Positions 19,091 to 29,138 of a stretch of 64,000 nucleotides of DNA are shown piece after piece. The notes below the pieces were generated by a model. It did not search any database, had not been told where the DNA came from, and saw only the letters and a list, made by a program, of their open reading frames with translations. How positions within the stretch are numbered: the stretch's first letter is position 1; every line of letters begins with the position of its first letter. Position numbers and translations under genes: made by a program. The stretch lies in assembly GCA_018830295.1 (NCBI GenBank), contig JAHJSM010000002.1, positions 14,598 through 78,597 of the forward strand. The letters are read 5' to 3'. The DNA is from Patescibacteria group bacterium. GTDB lineage: Bacteria > Patescibacteriota > Minisyncoccia > Portnoybacterales > UBA2143.

Positions 19091-20673
19091 TGAAAAAAAT
19101 TATTATCATTATTAGTATTATCATTATTTTGACTGGGGGGTATTTTGCTTATCAAGGTTTTTTTGGCGAGGGGGATTCCGCTTATGAAACAGTTGCTGTC
19201 GCGCGCGGAGAGATTATTCAGAATGTTTCGGCTACGGGGACGGTTGTGCCCGCGAAGCAGATTGATTTACAATTTGAAAATTCGGGAAAGATTAACAAGG
19301 TTGAAGTCGGGATTGGCGACAAGGTAGTCGCGGGGCAGGTTTTGGTTCGACTCAATGTCGCGGAATTAAGCGCTCAAATTCAGTCGTATTACGCCGCTTT
19401 GAATATCGCGCAGGCGAAGTTGGCGCAGATTTTAGCGGGCAACAGGGAAGAAGATATTCGAATTTACCAAACGGCCGTTTCGAATGCTGAAGTTGATATT
19501 GTCAATAAAGAACAGGCCTTGGACGATGTGGAAATTGACGCTGAGAATGATTTAGAAGAAGCATACGAGGACGCGTTGGATGCCGTAAAAACATCATACA
19601 CGAAAGCCGACAAGGCGCTTTTAATTACTTTTGCCGAAATAAAGGAAGAATATTTTAACGGCAACGACCAAATTGACTCTAATGTTAAGAGTTGGGAGCA
19701 AATTGCTAAAAATGATTTAAGTTCGGCAAAGACCTACAATAATATTGAGGCGGTTTTGGAAGAGATGAAATCGGCGTTGACTACGATTAGGGACGCTTTG
19801 GCATATTTGCGGCTGGCGATGAATGACGCAAGCGTTAAAAGTTCTGTTTCTTCAACGCATAAGACAAGCGTTGATACAGAGAGGACGAATATTGATACAG
19901 AAATAGTCGCTCTGACTGCGGCTGAACAGGGGATTAAGTCGGTCGCGATCACGAACCAAATAAACATTAATGCCGCGCGCGCCGATTTAGTGACGGCGGA
20001 GTCGGTTCTTCAAAAAGCCAAGGACGAATTGGCTTTGAAAAAAGCGGATCCTCGCCAGACCGATATTGATTTGGCAGAAGCGGAAATTAAACAGGCGAGA
20101 GCGAATATTTTGCAAATTCAGGAAAAAATAAATAAAAATATTTTAAGAGCGCCGACCGATGGAACTATTACCGCGCTCGCAAAAGAGGAAGGGGAGATAG
20201 CTGCGGCAAACTCAACGGTTGTCTCTATGATTAATTCGGGACGATTTCAAATTGAAGCGAATATTTCAGAAACGGAAATCGCCAAGGTTGATTTGGGCGA
20301 CAAAGTGGAAATGACATTGGACGCTTTGGGTCCTGCGGAAAAATTTGTCGGAGAGATTATTAAAATTGACCCGGCGGAAACAATTATTTCGGGCGTGATT
20401 TATTATAAAATTACTTCTGTTTTTGATGTAGAGGATGGAAGAATTAAGTCGGGGATGACGGTTAATCTTGATATTCAGACCGACAAAAAAGAGAATGTTC
20501 TTTATTTGCCGTATTATGTTGTTAAAGGTATAAACGGCGATAAATTTGTTAATCTTCTGAAAGATGGGGAAGTTGTTGAGCTAATTATCAAAACCGGTTT
20601 GGAAGGCGAGAATAGAATTGAAATTGTTGAGGGGCTGGAAGAGGGGGAAGAAGTGGTAATGGAGGCGCGATAA
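19090..20673 (+). CDS. Efflux adaptor / membrane fusion protein (MacA/HlyD-like)
   Basis: N-terminal anchor, lipoyl-like half motifs, long coiled coil, APTDGTI. Confidence 0.88.
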   Translation: MKKIIIIISIIIILTGGYFAYQGFFGEGDSAYETVAVARGEIIQNVSATGTVVPAKQIDLQFENSGKINKVEVGIGDKVVAGQVLVRLNVAELSAQIQSYYAALNIAQAKLAQILAGNREEDIRIYQTAVSNAEVDIVNKEQALDDVEIDAENDLEEAYEDALDAVKTSYTKADKALLITFAEIKEEYFNGNDQIDSNVKSWEQIAKNDLSSAKTYNNIEAVLEEMKSALTTIRDALAYLRLAMNDASVKSSVSSTHKTSVDTERTNIDTEIVALTAAEQGIKSVAITNQININAARADLVTAESVLQKAKDELALKKADPRQTDIDLAEAEIKQARANILQIQEKINKNILRAPTDGTITALAKEEGEIAAANSTVVSMINSGRFQIEANISETEIAKVDLGDKVEMTLDALGPAEKFVGEIIKIDPAETIISGVIYYKITSVFDVEDGRIKSGMTVNLDIQTDKKENVLYLPYYVVKGINGDKFVNLLKDGEVVELIIKTGLEGENRIEIVEGLEEGEEVVMEAR

Positions 20674-20677
20674 AAAT

Positions 20678-21394
20678 ATGCTGATTCAACTTGAGAATGT
20701 GGTTAAAAATTATGTGGACGATGAATTGGTGACCCCGGCTTTGCGCGGGGTTTCTTTTGAGATTAAAGAAGGCGCGTTTGTCGCGGTGACAGGCTCTTCG
20801 GGTTCAGGCAAATCAACTTTGATGCATATTATCGGTTTTTTGGATAAGTTGACGAGCGGAGAATATTTTTTTGACGGGGAAAATGCGAGCCATTTTGATG
20901 ACGATAAATTGGCTGAAATTAGAAATCAAAAAGTTGGTTTTGTTTTTCAATCGTATAATCTTTTGCCGCGGACTTCTGTTTTAGACAATGTTTTATTGCC
21001 GACTATTTATACGCCGCGATTAGATAAAAAAGAGACCGAAAACAGGGCGCGCTATCTTTTAGAAAAAGTGGGTCTTTCTCATCGCGTCAATCATCGTCCG
21101 AATCAACTTTCGGGTGGGGAACAGCAAAGGGTGGCGATTGTTCGCGCGTTAATTAACCGTCCGCGACTGATTCTTGCCGACGAGCCGACGGGAAATTTGG
21201 ATAGCAAATCAGGACAGGAAGTAATGGAAGTTTTACAGGATTTGAATGAAGAGGGGCACACGATTTTAATGGTAACCCATGAAAAATATGTCGCTGAATG
21301 CGCGAAAAGAATTATAGATTTGAAGGATGGCAGAGTTCTCACCGACACAAAAGTGAACGAAAGACATATCGCGAAGAATGGGATAGAGAAATAA
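20678..21394 (+). CDS. ABC ATP-binding protein (MacB/LolD-like)
   Basis: GSSGSGKST, LSGGEQQRVAI, ILADEPTGNLD. Confidence 0.95.
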   Translation: MLIQLENVVKNYVDDELVTPALRGVSFEIKEGAFVAVTGSSGSGKSTLMHIIGFLDKLTSGEYFFDGENASHFDDDKLAEIRNQKVGFVFQSYNLLPRTSVLDNVLLPTIYTPRLDKKETENRARYLLEKVGLSHRVNHRPNQLSGGEQQRVAIVRALINRPRLILADEPTGNLDSKSGQEVMEVLQDLNEEGHTILMVTHEKYVAECAKRIIDLKDGRVLTDTKVNERHIAKNGIEK

Positions 21395-21395
21395 C

Positions 21396-22628
21396 ATGTA
21401 TTTCTTTAATGTTCTAAAACTTACTTTTCAGAATCTGCTCTTGAGAAAGAGCCGTTCTTTTTTGACGATGCTGGGCATTATTATCGGAGTTGCCGCTGTT
21501 ATTTCAATTATGGCGGTGGGGGCGAGCGCGCAGGACTTGCTTTTGGCGCAGGTAAGGGCGATGGGGAGTGATTTAATCGGTGTTCTACCAGGCATGTCCG
21601 AAGAAGGCGGACCGCCGGCGGCTGTGTTTGGGATTGAAATAACAACTCTCACTTATGAAGACGCTTTGGCGATTGAAGAGTTGCCGCGCGTAGTTGCCGC
21701 TTGCTCTTATGTTAAAGGGCGAGGGACAATGAGTTTTCTAAATGAAATACACGATTTTGATTATACGGGTATTTCTTCTAATTATTTAGAAGTTGAAGAT
21801 ACTTCTATCGCGCAAGGGCGGTTTATTAAACAGGATGAAGTTAACGGCTTGGCGAGAGTCGCGGTTTTAGGGAGCCGGGTCAAAGAAGAATTGTTTGGCG
21901 AGGACAATCCGATTGACCAAAGGATTAAAATCAATCAGGTTAGTTTTAGAGTCATCGGGGTGATGAAAGAAAGAGGAACGGCGGCTTTTCAAAATCAAGA
22001 CGAACAGGTCTTTGTCCCTGTCAAAACGGCTCAAAAAATACTTTTAGGGATTGACCATGTTGCCCTTATCCGCGCCAAGGTTTCTGGGGCGGATAATATT
22101 GATTTGGTTATTTCTCAAGTTGAAAATATTCTTCGTTTCCGCCATCACATTAAAGACCCGCTTAAAGATGACTTTACTGTTATGAACGCCGCGCAAGCCC
22201 TTGATATTTTAGGCGCGATCACGCAGGCGCTTAAAATGTTTTTGGCGATGGTGGCGGCGATTTCCTTGATTGTCGGCGGGATTGGGATTATGAACATTAT
22301 GTTTGTGGTCGTGAATGAAAGGACAAGGGAAATTGGTTTGCGCAAAGCGTTGGGCGCTAAAAGAAAAAGCATCCTTTTTCAATTTTTAATAGAAAGCGCG
22401 ACAATGACATTGCTTGGCGGGGTGATTGGAATTGTTTTAGGAATTTTAATCGCTTATACTGTGACTGTCGGCGTGAATTATTTTGGATATGATTGGAAAT
22501 TTATTGTTACGCCTCTTTCAGTTTTTGTTTCTTCTTTTATGGCCGTGAGTATTGGTTTAATCTTCGGTTTATGGCCGGCCAATCGCGCTTCTAAATTAAA
22601 TCCGATTCAGGCGTTGAGATATGAATAA
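21396..22628 (+). CDS. MacB-family ABC permease
   Basis: LTMLGIIIG, GGIGIMNIM..ERTREIG, NPIQALRYE. Confidence 0.93.
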   Translation: MYFFNVLKLTFQNLLLRKSRSFLTMLGIIIGVAAVISIMAVGASAQDLLLAQVRAMGSDLIGVLPGMSEEGGPPAAVFGIEITTLTYEDALAIEELPRVVAACSYVKGRGTMSFLNEIHDFDYTGISSNYLEVEDTSIAQGRFIKQDEVNGLARVAVLGSRVKEELFGEDNPIDQRIKINQVSFRVIGVMKERGTAAFQNQDEQVFVPVKTAQKILLGIDHVALIRAKVSGADNIDLVISQVENILRFRHHIKDPLKDDFTVMNAAQALDILGAITQALKMFLAMVAAISLIVGGIGIMNIMFVVVNERTREIGLRKALGAKRKSILFQFLIESATMTLLGGVIGIVLGILIAYTVTVGVNYFGYDWKFIVTPLSVFVSSFMAVSIGLIFGLWPANRASKLNPIQALRYE

Positions 22629-22638
22629 GGGATGAAAT

Positions 22639-23898
22639 ATGAATTTAACTGTCGCGGCTAAACAATCGGTGATTGCTTTGAGGGCGAATAAATTGCGCAG
22701 TATTTTTTCTATTTTGGGGATTGTTATTGGCGTGGCGGCGGTCGTAATTATTCTTTCTTTGGGACAAGGGTTGAAGGGGCTGGTGACAGGCGAGGTTGAG
22801 GCGTTCGGGCCAAATATGATTGATATCGCGGTTAAGATTCCTGGCGCGGGTCAAGTTGGAAGCGTTATCTCAATGGCGCAAGGGATTAAAATAACCACAC
22901 TTAAAACAAAAGATATTAAGGCGTTAGAGGATAAACAAAAATTTCCATATATTGAAGCGGTGACGGGACAAGCGTTCGGGCAGGAGTGGGCGAATTACAA
23001 AGACAAGGAAAAGAAAACAATTGTTTATGGCTGCAACGCCGATTTTCCCTTGGTCATGAAAACGGCTCAAACTAAACAGGGGAGGTTTTTTACGGAGAGC
23101 GAGGACGAGAGTTTAGCGAAGGTTGTTGTTTTAGGAAGCGGTTTGGCTGAAACATTTTTTGGGCAAAGCGAACCGATTGGGGAGAAAATAAAAATCAAGG
23201 GACAGAATTTTAAAGTTGTCGGCGTTTTGGAAGAGCAGAATATAATTTCTGTCGGCGGGATTGATATGAATGATTTCGCCTATATCCCAGTAGAAACAGC
23301 CCTGAAAGAGGTTTTGGGGATTAACTATCTGTCAGAAATAATATTAACCGTTACGGACGCGAGCTATCTCACCCGGGCAATTCCAGAAATTTCTCAAATG
23401 TTGAGGCGCAACCACAATATTAAAGACCCCGAAAAGGACGATTTTCAAATTACGACTATGGAGGAAATTTTGGATCAAATTAACGACATGATGGTTATTT
23501 TAAATTTGCTTTTGGGATTTTTAGCAGCGATTTCTTTGTTGGTTGGCGGAATTGGAATTATGAATATTATGCTTGTCTCTGTCTCTGAACGAACGCATGA
23601 GATTGGATTGCGCAAGTCGCTGGGGGCGAGTAGGCGAGATATTCTTTGGCAATTTTTAATTGAGAGTTTGACAGTGACTGGTTTGGGCGGATTAATTGGG
23701 ATTTTGTTTGGCATCGGCGTGTCTTTAATCAGCGCTGTTGGCGCGCGGGCTTACGGACTATCTTGGCCTTTGACGGTTTCTTGGTTGGCGATTATAATTG
23801 CTTTTTTTGTGTCTATGATGATTGGTTTGGTTTTTGGGATTTACCCCGCTCAAAAAGCGGCGCGATTAAGTCCGATTGAGGCGATGAGGAAAGAGTAA
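22639..23898 (+). CDS. MacB-family ABC permease (second paralog)
   Basis: GGIGIMNIMLVSVSERTHEIG, PIEAMRKE. Confidence 0.93.
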   Translation: MNLTVAAKQSVIALRANKLRSIFSILGIVIGVAAVVIILSLGQGLKGLVTGEVEAFGPNMIDIAVKIPGAGQVGSVISMAQGIKITTLKTKDIKALEDKQKFPYIEAVTGQAFGQEWANYKDKEKKTIVYGCNADFPLVMKTAQTKQGRFFTESEDESLAKVVVLGSGLAETFFGQSEPIGEKIKIKGQNFKVVGVLEEQNIISVGGIDMNDFAYIPVETALKEVLGINYLSEIILTVTDASYLTRAIPEISQMLRRNHNIKDPEKDDFQITTMEEILDQINDMMVILNLLLGFLAAISLLVGGIGIMNIMLVSVSERTHEIGLRKSLGASRRDILWQFLIESLTVTGLGGLIGILFGIGVSLISAVGARAYGLSWPLTVSWLAIIIAFFVSMMIGLVFGIYPAQKAARLSPIEAMRKE

Positions 23899-23900
23899 TT

Positions 23901-24488
23901 ATGAATCAAGTGACTAAACAACTTAAAAAAATAAAAGACGAGGTAGTAAAGTGCAAGAAATGCGCGCTTTGCAAGACGCGGATTTTACCCGTGGTTGGGC
24001 AGGGGAGCCATAAGGCAAAAGCAGTTTTTGTGGGCGAAGCGCCTGGGGCGAATGAGGATAAAACGGGTCTTCCTTTTTGTGGGAATTCGGGCAAGATTTT
24101 GGATGAACTTTTTGTTTCAATCGGATACAAAAGAGAAGACGCTTACATTTGCAACATTCTTAAATGCCGTCCGCCCAGTAATCGCGACCCTTTGCCAGCA
24201 GAGAAGGCGGCTTGCGTTCCTTATTTAATCAAGCAGATAGAGGCGATTAAACCAAAAGTGATTTGTCCAATGGGCAATCATGCGGCTTCGTTTCTTTTGG
24301 CGGAATTTGGGCTTGCGGATGAAGTCGCGGGCATTAGTAAAATGCACGGAAAAATTTTTGAAGTGAAAACGAGTTTTGGCAAAATTAAAATTATTCCTCT
24401 CTATCATCCCGCGGTATCGGTTTACAACGCTAATACGAAGGATGTTTTGAAAAAGGACTTTGGGATTTTGAAGAAGTTTTTAAAGTAG
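23901..24488 (+). CDS. Uracil-DNA glycosylase family 4
   Basis: CxxCxLC, GEAPG, KCRPP.NRDP, YHPA. Confidence 0.92.
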   Translation: MNQVTKQLKKIKDEVVKCKKCALCKTRILPVVGQGSHKAKAVFVGEAPGANEDKTGLPFCGNSGKILDELFVSIGYKREDAYICNILKCRPPSNRDPLPAEKAACVPYLIKQIEAIKPKVICPMGNHAASFLLAEFGLADEVAGISKMHGKIFEVKTSFGKIKIIPLYHPAVSVYNANTKDVLKKDFGILKKFLK

Positions 24489-24493
24489 CCAGT

Positions 24494-24531
24494 AAATGGG
24501 GACTGTCCCCAAGAGGGGACAGTCCCCATTT
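24494..24531. repeat. REP-like family A variant doublet (GGGGACWGTCCCC)
   Basis: AAATGGGGACTGTCCCC-AAGA-GGGGACAGTCCCCATTT. Confidence 0.85.
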
Positions 24532-24536
24532 TAAAA

Positions 24537-25586
24537 ATGAATATTGATAGTAAGAAAACTGTTTTAGTCGGACTATCTGGGGGAGTTGATTCTTCGGTTG
24601 CTTTGGCGATTTTAAAAAAGCAGGGGCTCAAGCCGATTGGGGTTTCTTTTAGACATTCCGTTTGTTCGGAAAATAATTTTGCGATTGCCAAAAAAATTTG
24701 CCAAAAACTTAAAGTTCCATATCATATTATTGACGCGCGGCTTGATTTTAACGAAAAAGTAATTGGCTATTTTCTGTCCGAGTTGAAAGATAACAGGACG
24801 CCCAGTCCTTGTTTAATTTGCAATCGGTTTGTTAAATTTCAGGGCTTGTTTGATTTCGCACGAGCAGAGGGGATTGAATATGTAGCCACGGGGCATTATG
24901 CGCGGATTAAAAAAAATGAAAAGACGGGAGAGTATGAATTATTAAAAGGGGTTGATAAGATGAAAGACCAAAGTTATTTTCTTTCCCTTTTGGAGCAGGA
25001 GCAGTTGGGGAAGATAATTTTTCCTCTAGGGGAATACACTAAAAAAGAGGTTTATCAGATAGCCGCGCAAGAGGGCTTTAAATTTTTTTCTGAAATCAAA
25101 CAAAGCCAAGATTTATGTTTTGTGGGCAAAAAAGCTTTACCCTTTTATTTGGATGAAAAATTAGGCGTTCAACCAGGCGATATTGTTGATAAAAAGGGGA
25201 ATGTTCTGGGGCGACATAAGGGATTGTTTCATTATACGATTGGGCAACGAAAAGGGATTAATGTTTCGGGTGGTCCTTGGCGGGTGGTTGATTTGGATAA
25301 AAAGAAGAATCGGATTATAATAACTAATAAAGAAAACGACCCGGCGCTTTTCCGCAAAACAATTTCTCTTGCTCGATGTCATTTTATTTCCGGCGTTAAG
25401 CCAAAAGGGGAAATAAAGGTTATGGCGAAAATCAGATTTAACCAAAAGGCGTCGCGCGCGAGATTAAGCGTTGTCGGGAACAAAGCGAAATTGATTTTTG
25501 AAAAACCGCAAAAAGCGGCGACACCGGGACAGTTCGCGGTTTTTTATAAAGGGAATGTTTGTTTAGGTGGTGGAGCGATTTGTTAA
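24537..25586 (+). CDS. mnmA: tRNA 2-thiouridine(34) synthase
   Basis: SGGVDSS, TPSPCLICN, ATGHY, KDQSYFL, TIGQRKG, TPGQ. Confidence 0.95.
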   Translation: MNIDSKKTVLVGLSGGVDSSVALAILKKQGLKPIGVSFRHSVCSENNFAIAKKICQKLKVPYHIIDARLDFNEKVIGYFLSELKDNRTPSPCLICNRFVKFQGLFDFARAEGIEYVATGHYARIKKNEKTGEYELLKGVDKMKDQSYFLSLLEQEQLGKIIFPLGEYTKKEVYQIAAQEGFKFFSEIKQSQDLCFVGKKALPFYLDEKLGVQPGDIVDKKGNVLGRHKGLFHYTIGQRKGINVSGGPWRVVDLDKKKNRIIITNKENDPALFRKTISLARCHFISGVKPKGEIKVMAKIRFNQKASRARLSVVGNKAKLIFEKPQKAATPGQFAVFYKGNVCLGGGAIC

Positions 25587-25613
25587 GACCTCGGAGGTCT
25601 AACATCAAGAAAT

Positions 25614-25721
25614 ATGGTTAAAAAAGAAAAAAATTACGCTTTTATAGATAACCAGAATTTGAATTTAGGGATACAGAGTTTGGGCTGGAAATTGGACTAT
25701 AAAAAGAAAAAACACCGCTAA
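25614..25721 (+). pseudogene. Internally deleted NYN-domain gene remnant (35 aa)
   Basis: MVKKEKNYAFIDNQNLNLGIQSLGWKLDYKKKKHR*; starts like a NYN/LabA protein (FIDxxN) then stops. Confidence 0.6.
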
Positions 25722-25810
25722 AGGACGGAACCAGTAGAGGTGTTTTTTATGTGTATTCTATTTCAAATATAACAAAGAGAAAACTGCTTGTCAATAGTAG
25801 ATCAAAAACA

Positions 25811-25833
25811 ATTCGGCTATCCGAAAGCCGAAT
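25811..25833. repeat. Palindrome family B, copy 4
   Basis: ATTCGGCTAT-CCG-AAAGCCGAAT. Confidence 0.7.
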
Positions 25834-25921
25834 AGGGTGTTTTTCAAAGGTCGGGACTTGGCGGGAGGCGGAGGTTTGTTGGTAGGTTTAGACGGGCGAT
25901 GAATAAGAGAATGTTGAATTT

Positions 25922-27115
25922 ATGAAAAAGATTCTAATTTTTGTTTTAATTTTGTTTGGGGTTTTGGGGATGGGTGGTTTTGCGTTGGCTGATGAGAGCG
26001 CGAAGGCGGTTGATTTGTATTTTTTTTATGGGGAGACATGCCCGCATTGCAAGAAGGCGGAAGTTTTTTTGGAGGGGGTAGCGGTGGATTATCCGGGGCT
26101 TGAGATTCATTCTTATGAGGTTTTTGGGGATAAGGGGAACGCTCAATTATTGGTTGAATTTCTTAAGTCGTGCGGCAAGGAGGCGACTGTGAGAGTGCCG
26201 GCTATTTTTATCGGCGAGGAGGTAATGATTGGTTATTTGAGCGATGAAACGACGGGCGGGAAGATTTTGAGGGCGGTTGAAAATTGTTCGGCGCAGGGGT
26301 GTTCTGACCTAATGGAAAAAGTGGATAGAGAAAAATGTTCCGTTCAGGTCAGCGCGGAAGAGCAAATTATTGATTATCCTTTTATCGGGAAATTAAATCT
26401 TTCTAAATTGTCTTTGCCTGTCTTAACGATCGCGCTTGCCGCGATTGATGGATTTAATCCTTGCGCGATGTGGGTTTTGCTTTTTCTTTTAGCTTTACTG
26501 ATTAGCGTTCGTTCGCGGAAAAGAATGATTTGGATTGGCGGCGCGTTTATTCTCGCTTCGGGCGTTGTTTATTATCTTCTTTTGTCCGCTTGGCTAAATT
26601 TATTTTTGGCGATTAGTTATGTTAATTTAATTAGGACGATTATTGGGGTTTTGGCTTTGGGGGCGGGGGTTTGGCAAATTAAACATTTTATTACCTTTAA
26701 GCCGGGCGTTTGCGAGATCGCGCCCATTGGAAGCAAGTGGAACGAAAAAATCACCCAAAAAGCAAATCAGGTGGTTAATTCAACTGCTTTGCCAGCCGCG
26801 TTTTTAGGAATAGTCGTTTTGGCGTTTGGGGTGAATTTAGTTGAGTTTTTTTGTTCAGCTGGATTGCCCGCGATTTATACGCAGGTCTTGTCTTTGAATA
26901 ATTTAAGTTCAGTAAATTATTATCTATATCTCTTGCTTTATACTTTTGTCTTTATGCTTGACGATGTTATTATTTTTACAATCGCGGCCGTCACTTTAAG
27001 CAAACTTGGCTTTACGGATAAGTACGCGAAATACAGCGCTCTAATCGGAGGGCTTGTTATTTTCGCCATGGGGCTTTTGCTGATTTTCAAGCCGGACTTT
27101 TTAATGTTTGGGTAA
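25922..27115 (+). CDS. Glutaredoxin-like domain fused to CcdA/DsbD-like membrane domain
   Basis: CPHC; DGFNPCAMWVL; VEFFCSAGLP; about six TM helices. Confidence 0.8.
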   Translation: MKKILIFVLILFGVLGMGGFALADESAKAVDLYFFYGETCPHCKKAEVFLEGVAVDYPGLEIHSYEVFGDKGNAQLLVEFLKSCGKEATVRVPAIFIGEEVMIGYLSDETTGGKILRAVENCSAQGCSDLMEKVDREKCSVQVSAEEQIIDYPFIGKLNLSKLSLPVLTIALAAIDGFNPCAMWVLLFLLALLISVRSRKRMIWIGGAFILASGVVYYLLLSAWLNLFLAISYVNLIRTIIGVLALGAGVWQIKHFITFKPGVCEIAPIGSKWNEKITQKANQVVNSTALPAAFLGIVVLAFGVNLVEFFCSAGLPAIYTQVLSLNNLSSVNYYLYLLLYTFVFMLDDVIIFTIAAVTLSKLGFTDKYAKYSALIGGLVIFAMGLLLIFKPDFLMFG

Positions 27116-27152
27116 ACGCTTGACTTGTTTTTGTCTTTCGTGTAATATCTTT

Positions 27153-27249
27153 TCGGGAGGAGCGATTAATAACTTCAATTTGGTTTTTTTTGTTACATAT
27201 AAATGACACCCTGCTCCTCCCGACCACCTTCGCAAAGCGGAGGTTTTTT
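27153..27249 (+). ncRNA. Candidate stand-alone small RNA
   Basis: TTGACT-N17-TAATAT (27120-27148); 11-bp closing stem TCGGGAGGAGC/GCTCCTCCCGA; terminator ACCTTCGC-AAA-GCGGAGGT-TTTTT. Confidence 0.5.
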
Positions 27250-27285
27250 ATTTGGGAAATTTGGTTTTTGTGATACAATAAAAAT

Positions 27286-28050
27286 ATGAAAAATATTAAT
27301 GAAATTACTAAGGAGGAGTTGGGGGAGTTGAAGGTTGTTGTTTTTGATATTGACGGGGTTGTTGTTCCAGTGGGGACGGAGTTGAGGGAGAATCAGGACG
27401 GGACGGAGTTGTTAATGAAATCAAAACAATTGTCGCGGGAGTTTATTGAGAATTTAAAAAAATTGAAGAAGTATTTGAAAATTGGTTTTTCTTCGGGGAG
27501 GAATATTCTTTATTTGAAAAGTTTAACGAATGAGATTTTTGATAATCGGGTTATTTTACAAGCGGAGAATGGAAATATTACATTTTTAGAGAATAAGATT
27601 GTTCATCCAGTTTATCCCGATGAATACTTTGGCAAATTGCGGGATATTAAGGAGAAGATAAAGGAGATAATGGCGGGGGATACGAGAATTAGAGGGTTTG
27701 AACCAAAACTTTTTATTCTGACGGTTCATTGCGATAAGATAGAGGAAATACCTGCTTTAGTTAAGAAGATGGGCGGAGATGATTTGTATTGCCTTTGGAC
27801 AAATGAGGGATACGATATTGGAAGCAAAGAAATGTCAAAGGGCGTGGCGATTGCCAGTTTGGCAGAGCAACTTGGAGTCGGACCGAAGCAGATTATGACG
27901 ACGGGGAATAATTACAACGACGCGGAGATGTTAAAGATAGGCAAAGGCGTTTCGGTTCTTCCGGAAAGAGTTGAGGGCGAGTATTTTATTAAAGGAGAAA
28001 AATTGGGCGGAGAGTTGCTGGCGGAGTTTCTGCTGGAGTATTTTGAGTAA
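27286..28050 (+). CDS. HAD-superfamily hydrolase (Cof/IIB-like)
   Basis: FDIDGV, SSGR, SKG, GNNYNDAEM. Confidence 0.85.
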   Translation: MKNINEITKEELGELKVVVFDIDGVVVPVGTELRENQDGTELLMKSKQLSREFIENLKKLKKYLKIGFSSGRNILYLKSLTNEIFDNRVILQAENGNITFLENKIVHPVYPDEYFGKLRDIKEKIKEIMAGDTRIRGFEPKLFILTVHCDKIEEIPALVKKMGGDDLYCLWTNEGYDIGSKEMSKGVAIASLAEQLGVGPKQIMTTGNNYNDAEMLKIGKGVSVLPERVEGEYFIKGEKLGGELLAEFLLEYFE

Positions 28051-28057
28051 CTAAGAC

Positions 28058-28155
28058 GGGGGCAGCCCCCGAGGACGGGGGACTGCCCCCTTGGGACTTT
28101 TTTAATATTTCAACCAGAAAAGGTCTAACCTTTTAGAAAAACGGGGACTGTCCCC
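28058..28155. repeat. Cluster of REP-like palindromes (family A doublet, family C, family A variant)
   Basis: GGGGGCAGCCCCCG-AGGA-CGGGGGACTGCCCCC; AAAAGGTCTAACCTTTT; GGGGACTGTCCCC. Confidence 0.8.
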
Positions 28156-29138
28156 TAAATTAGGCCCATTTTTTGTTTTGCTTCTTTGAGGGTTTTTTGG
28201 GCTTTTACTTTTGCTTGTTTGGCGCCTTCTTGGAGGATTTTTTCTAATTTTTTAGGATTTTTTTCTAAGGCGGCTTTCTTTTCTTGGAATGATTTTAGTC
28301 CCAGAATGATTGTTTCAGCCAAGCCCTCTTTGAATTGGGCGTATCCTTTGTTTTTGTATTTTTTCTCAATATCGTCAAAAGATAAATCGGAAAAATGTTT
28401 GTAAATAGTCATAAGGTTGGCGATGGCTGGCCTTTTTAAATCATATTCTATGGTAGTTCCAGAATCCGTGACCGCTTTCTTTATTTTTTGCTCAATAACG
28501 GCGGGGGAGTCAGTTAGGGAGATATAATTGTTTGAATTGGCGGCGCTTTTTGACATCTTCTTTAATGGATTATCAAGTCCCATAATTCTGGCGGTTTCTT
28601 TGTTGATGAGCGGCTGGGGGACGGTGAACGATTTTCCGTAGAGATGGTTAAAGCGTCGCGCCAACGATCGCGCCAGTTCAATGTGCTGTTTTTGGTCTTC
28701 GCCAACAGGAACGGCGTCGGTTTGGTAAAGCAAAATGTCGGCTGCCATGAGGACAGGGTAATCAAAAAGTCCGACATTAACTTTGTTTTTATGCTGTTCG
28801 GATTTGTCCTTGAATTGCGTCATCCATTCTAATTCGGGGATTTTCGTGATTGTGTTTAAAAGCCATGCCAATTCGGAGTGTTCGGAAAGATGGGACTGGA
28901 CGAAAACAACACTTTTTTTATGGTCAATTCCAGCCGCTAAATAGATCGCTGCCATTTCTAAAACGGCTTTTCTTAATTTTTGAGGGTCTTGGGGAACGGT
29001 TATAGCGTGCAAATCAACGACGCAAAAAATAGAATTATATTCGTTTTGGAGTTCAACCCAGTTTTTGATGGCGCCCAGGTAGTTGCCGATATGGGCGATG
29101 CCAGTTGGCTGAACGCCGCTGAAGATGGTTTTTTTCAT
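28155..29138 (-). CDS. trpS: Tryptophan--tRNA ligase (bacterial type)
   Basis: SGVQPTG..HIGNYLG, YPVLMAADIL, VPVGEDQKQH, KMSKS. Confidence 0.96.
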   Translation of the reverse strand: MKKTIFSGVQPTGIAHIGNYLGAIKNWVELQNEYNSIFCVVDLHAITVPQDPQKLRKAVLEMAAIYLAAGIDHKKSVVFVQSHLSEHSELAWLLNTITKIPELEWMTQFKDKSEQHKNKVNVGLFDYPVLMAADILLYQTDAVPVGEDQKQHIELARSLARRFNHLYGKSFTVPQPLINKETARIMGLDNPLKKMSKSAANSNNYISLTDSPAVIEQKIKKAVTDSGTTIEYDLKRPAIANLMTIYKHFSDLSFDDIEKKYKNKGYAQFKEGLAETIILGLKSFQEKKAALEKNPKKLEKILQEGAKQAKVKAQKTLKEAKQKMGLI

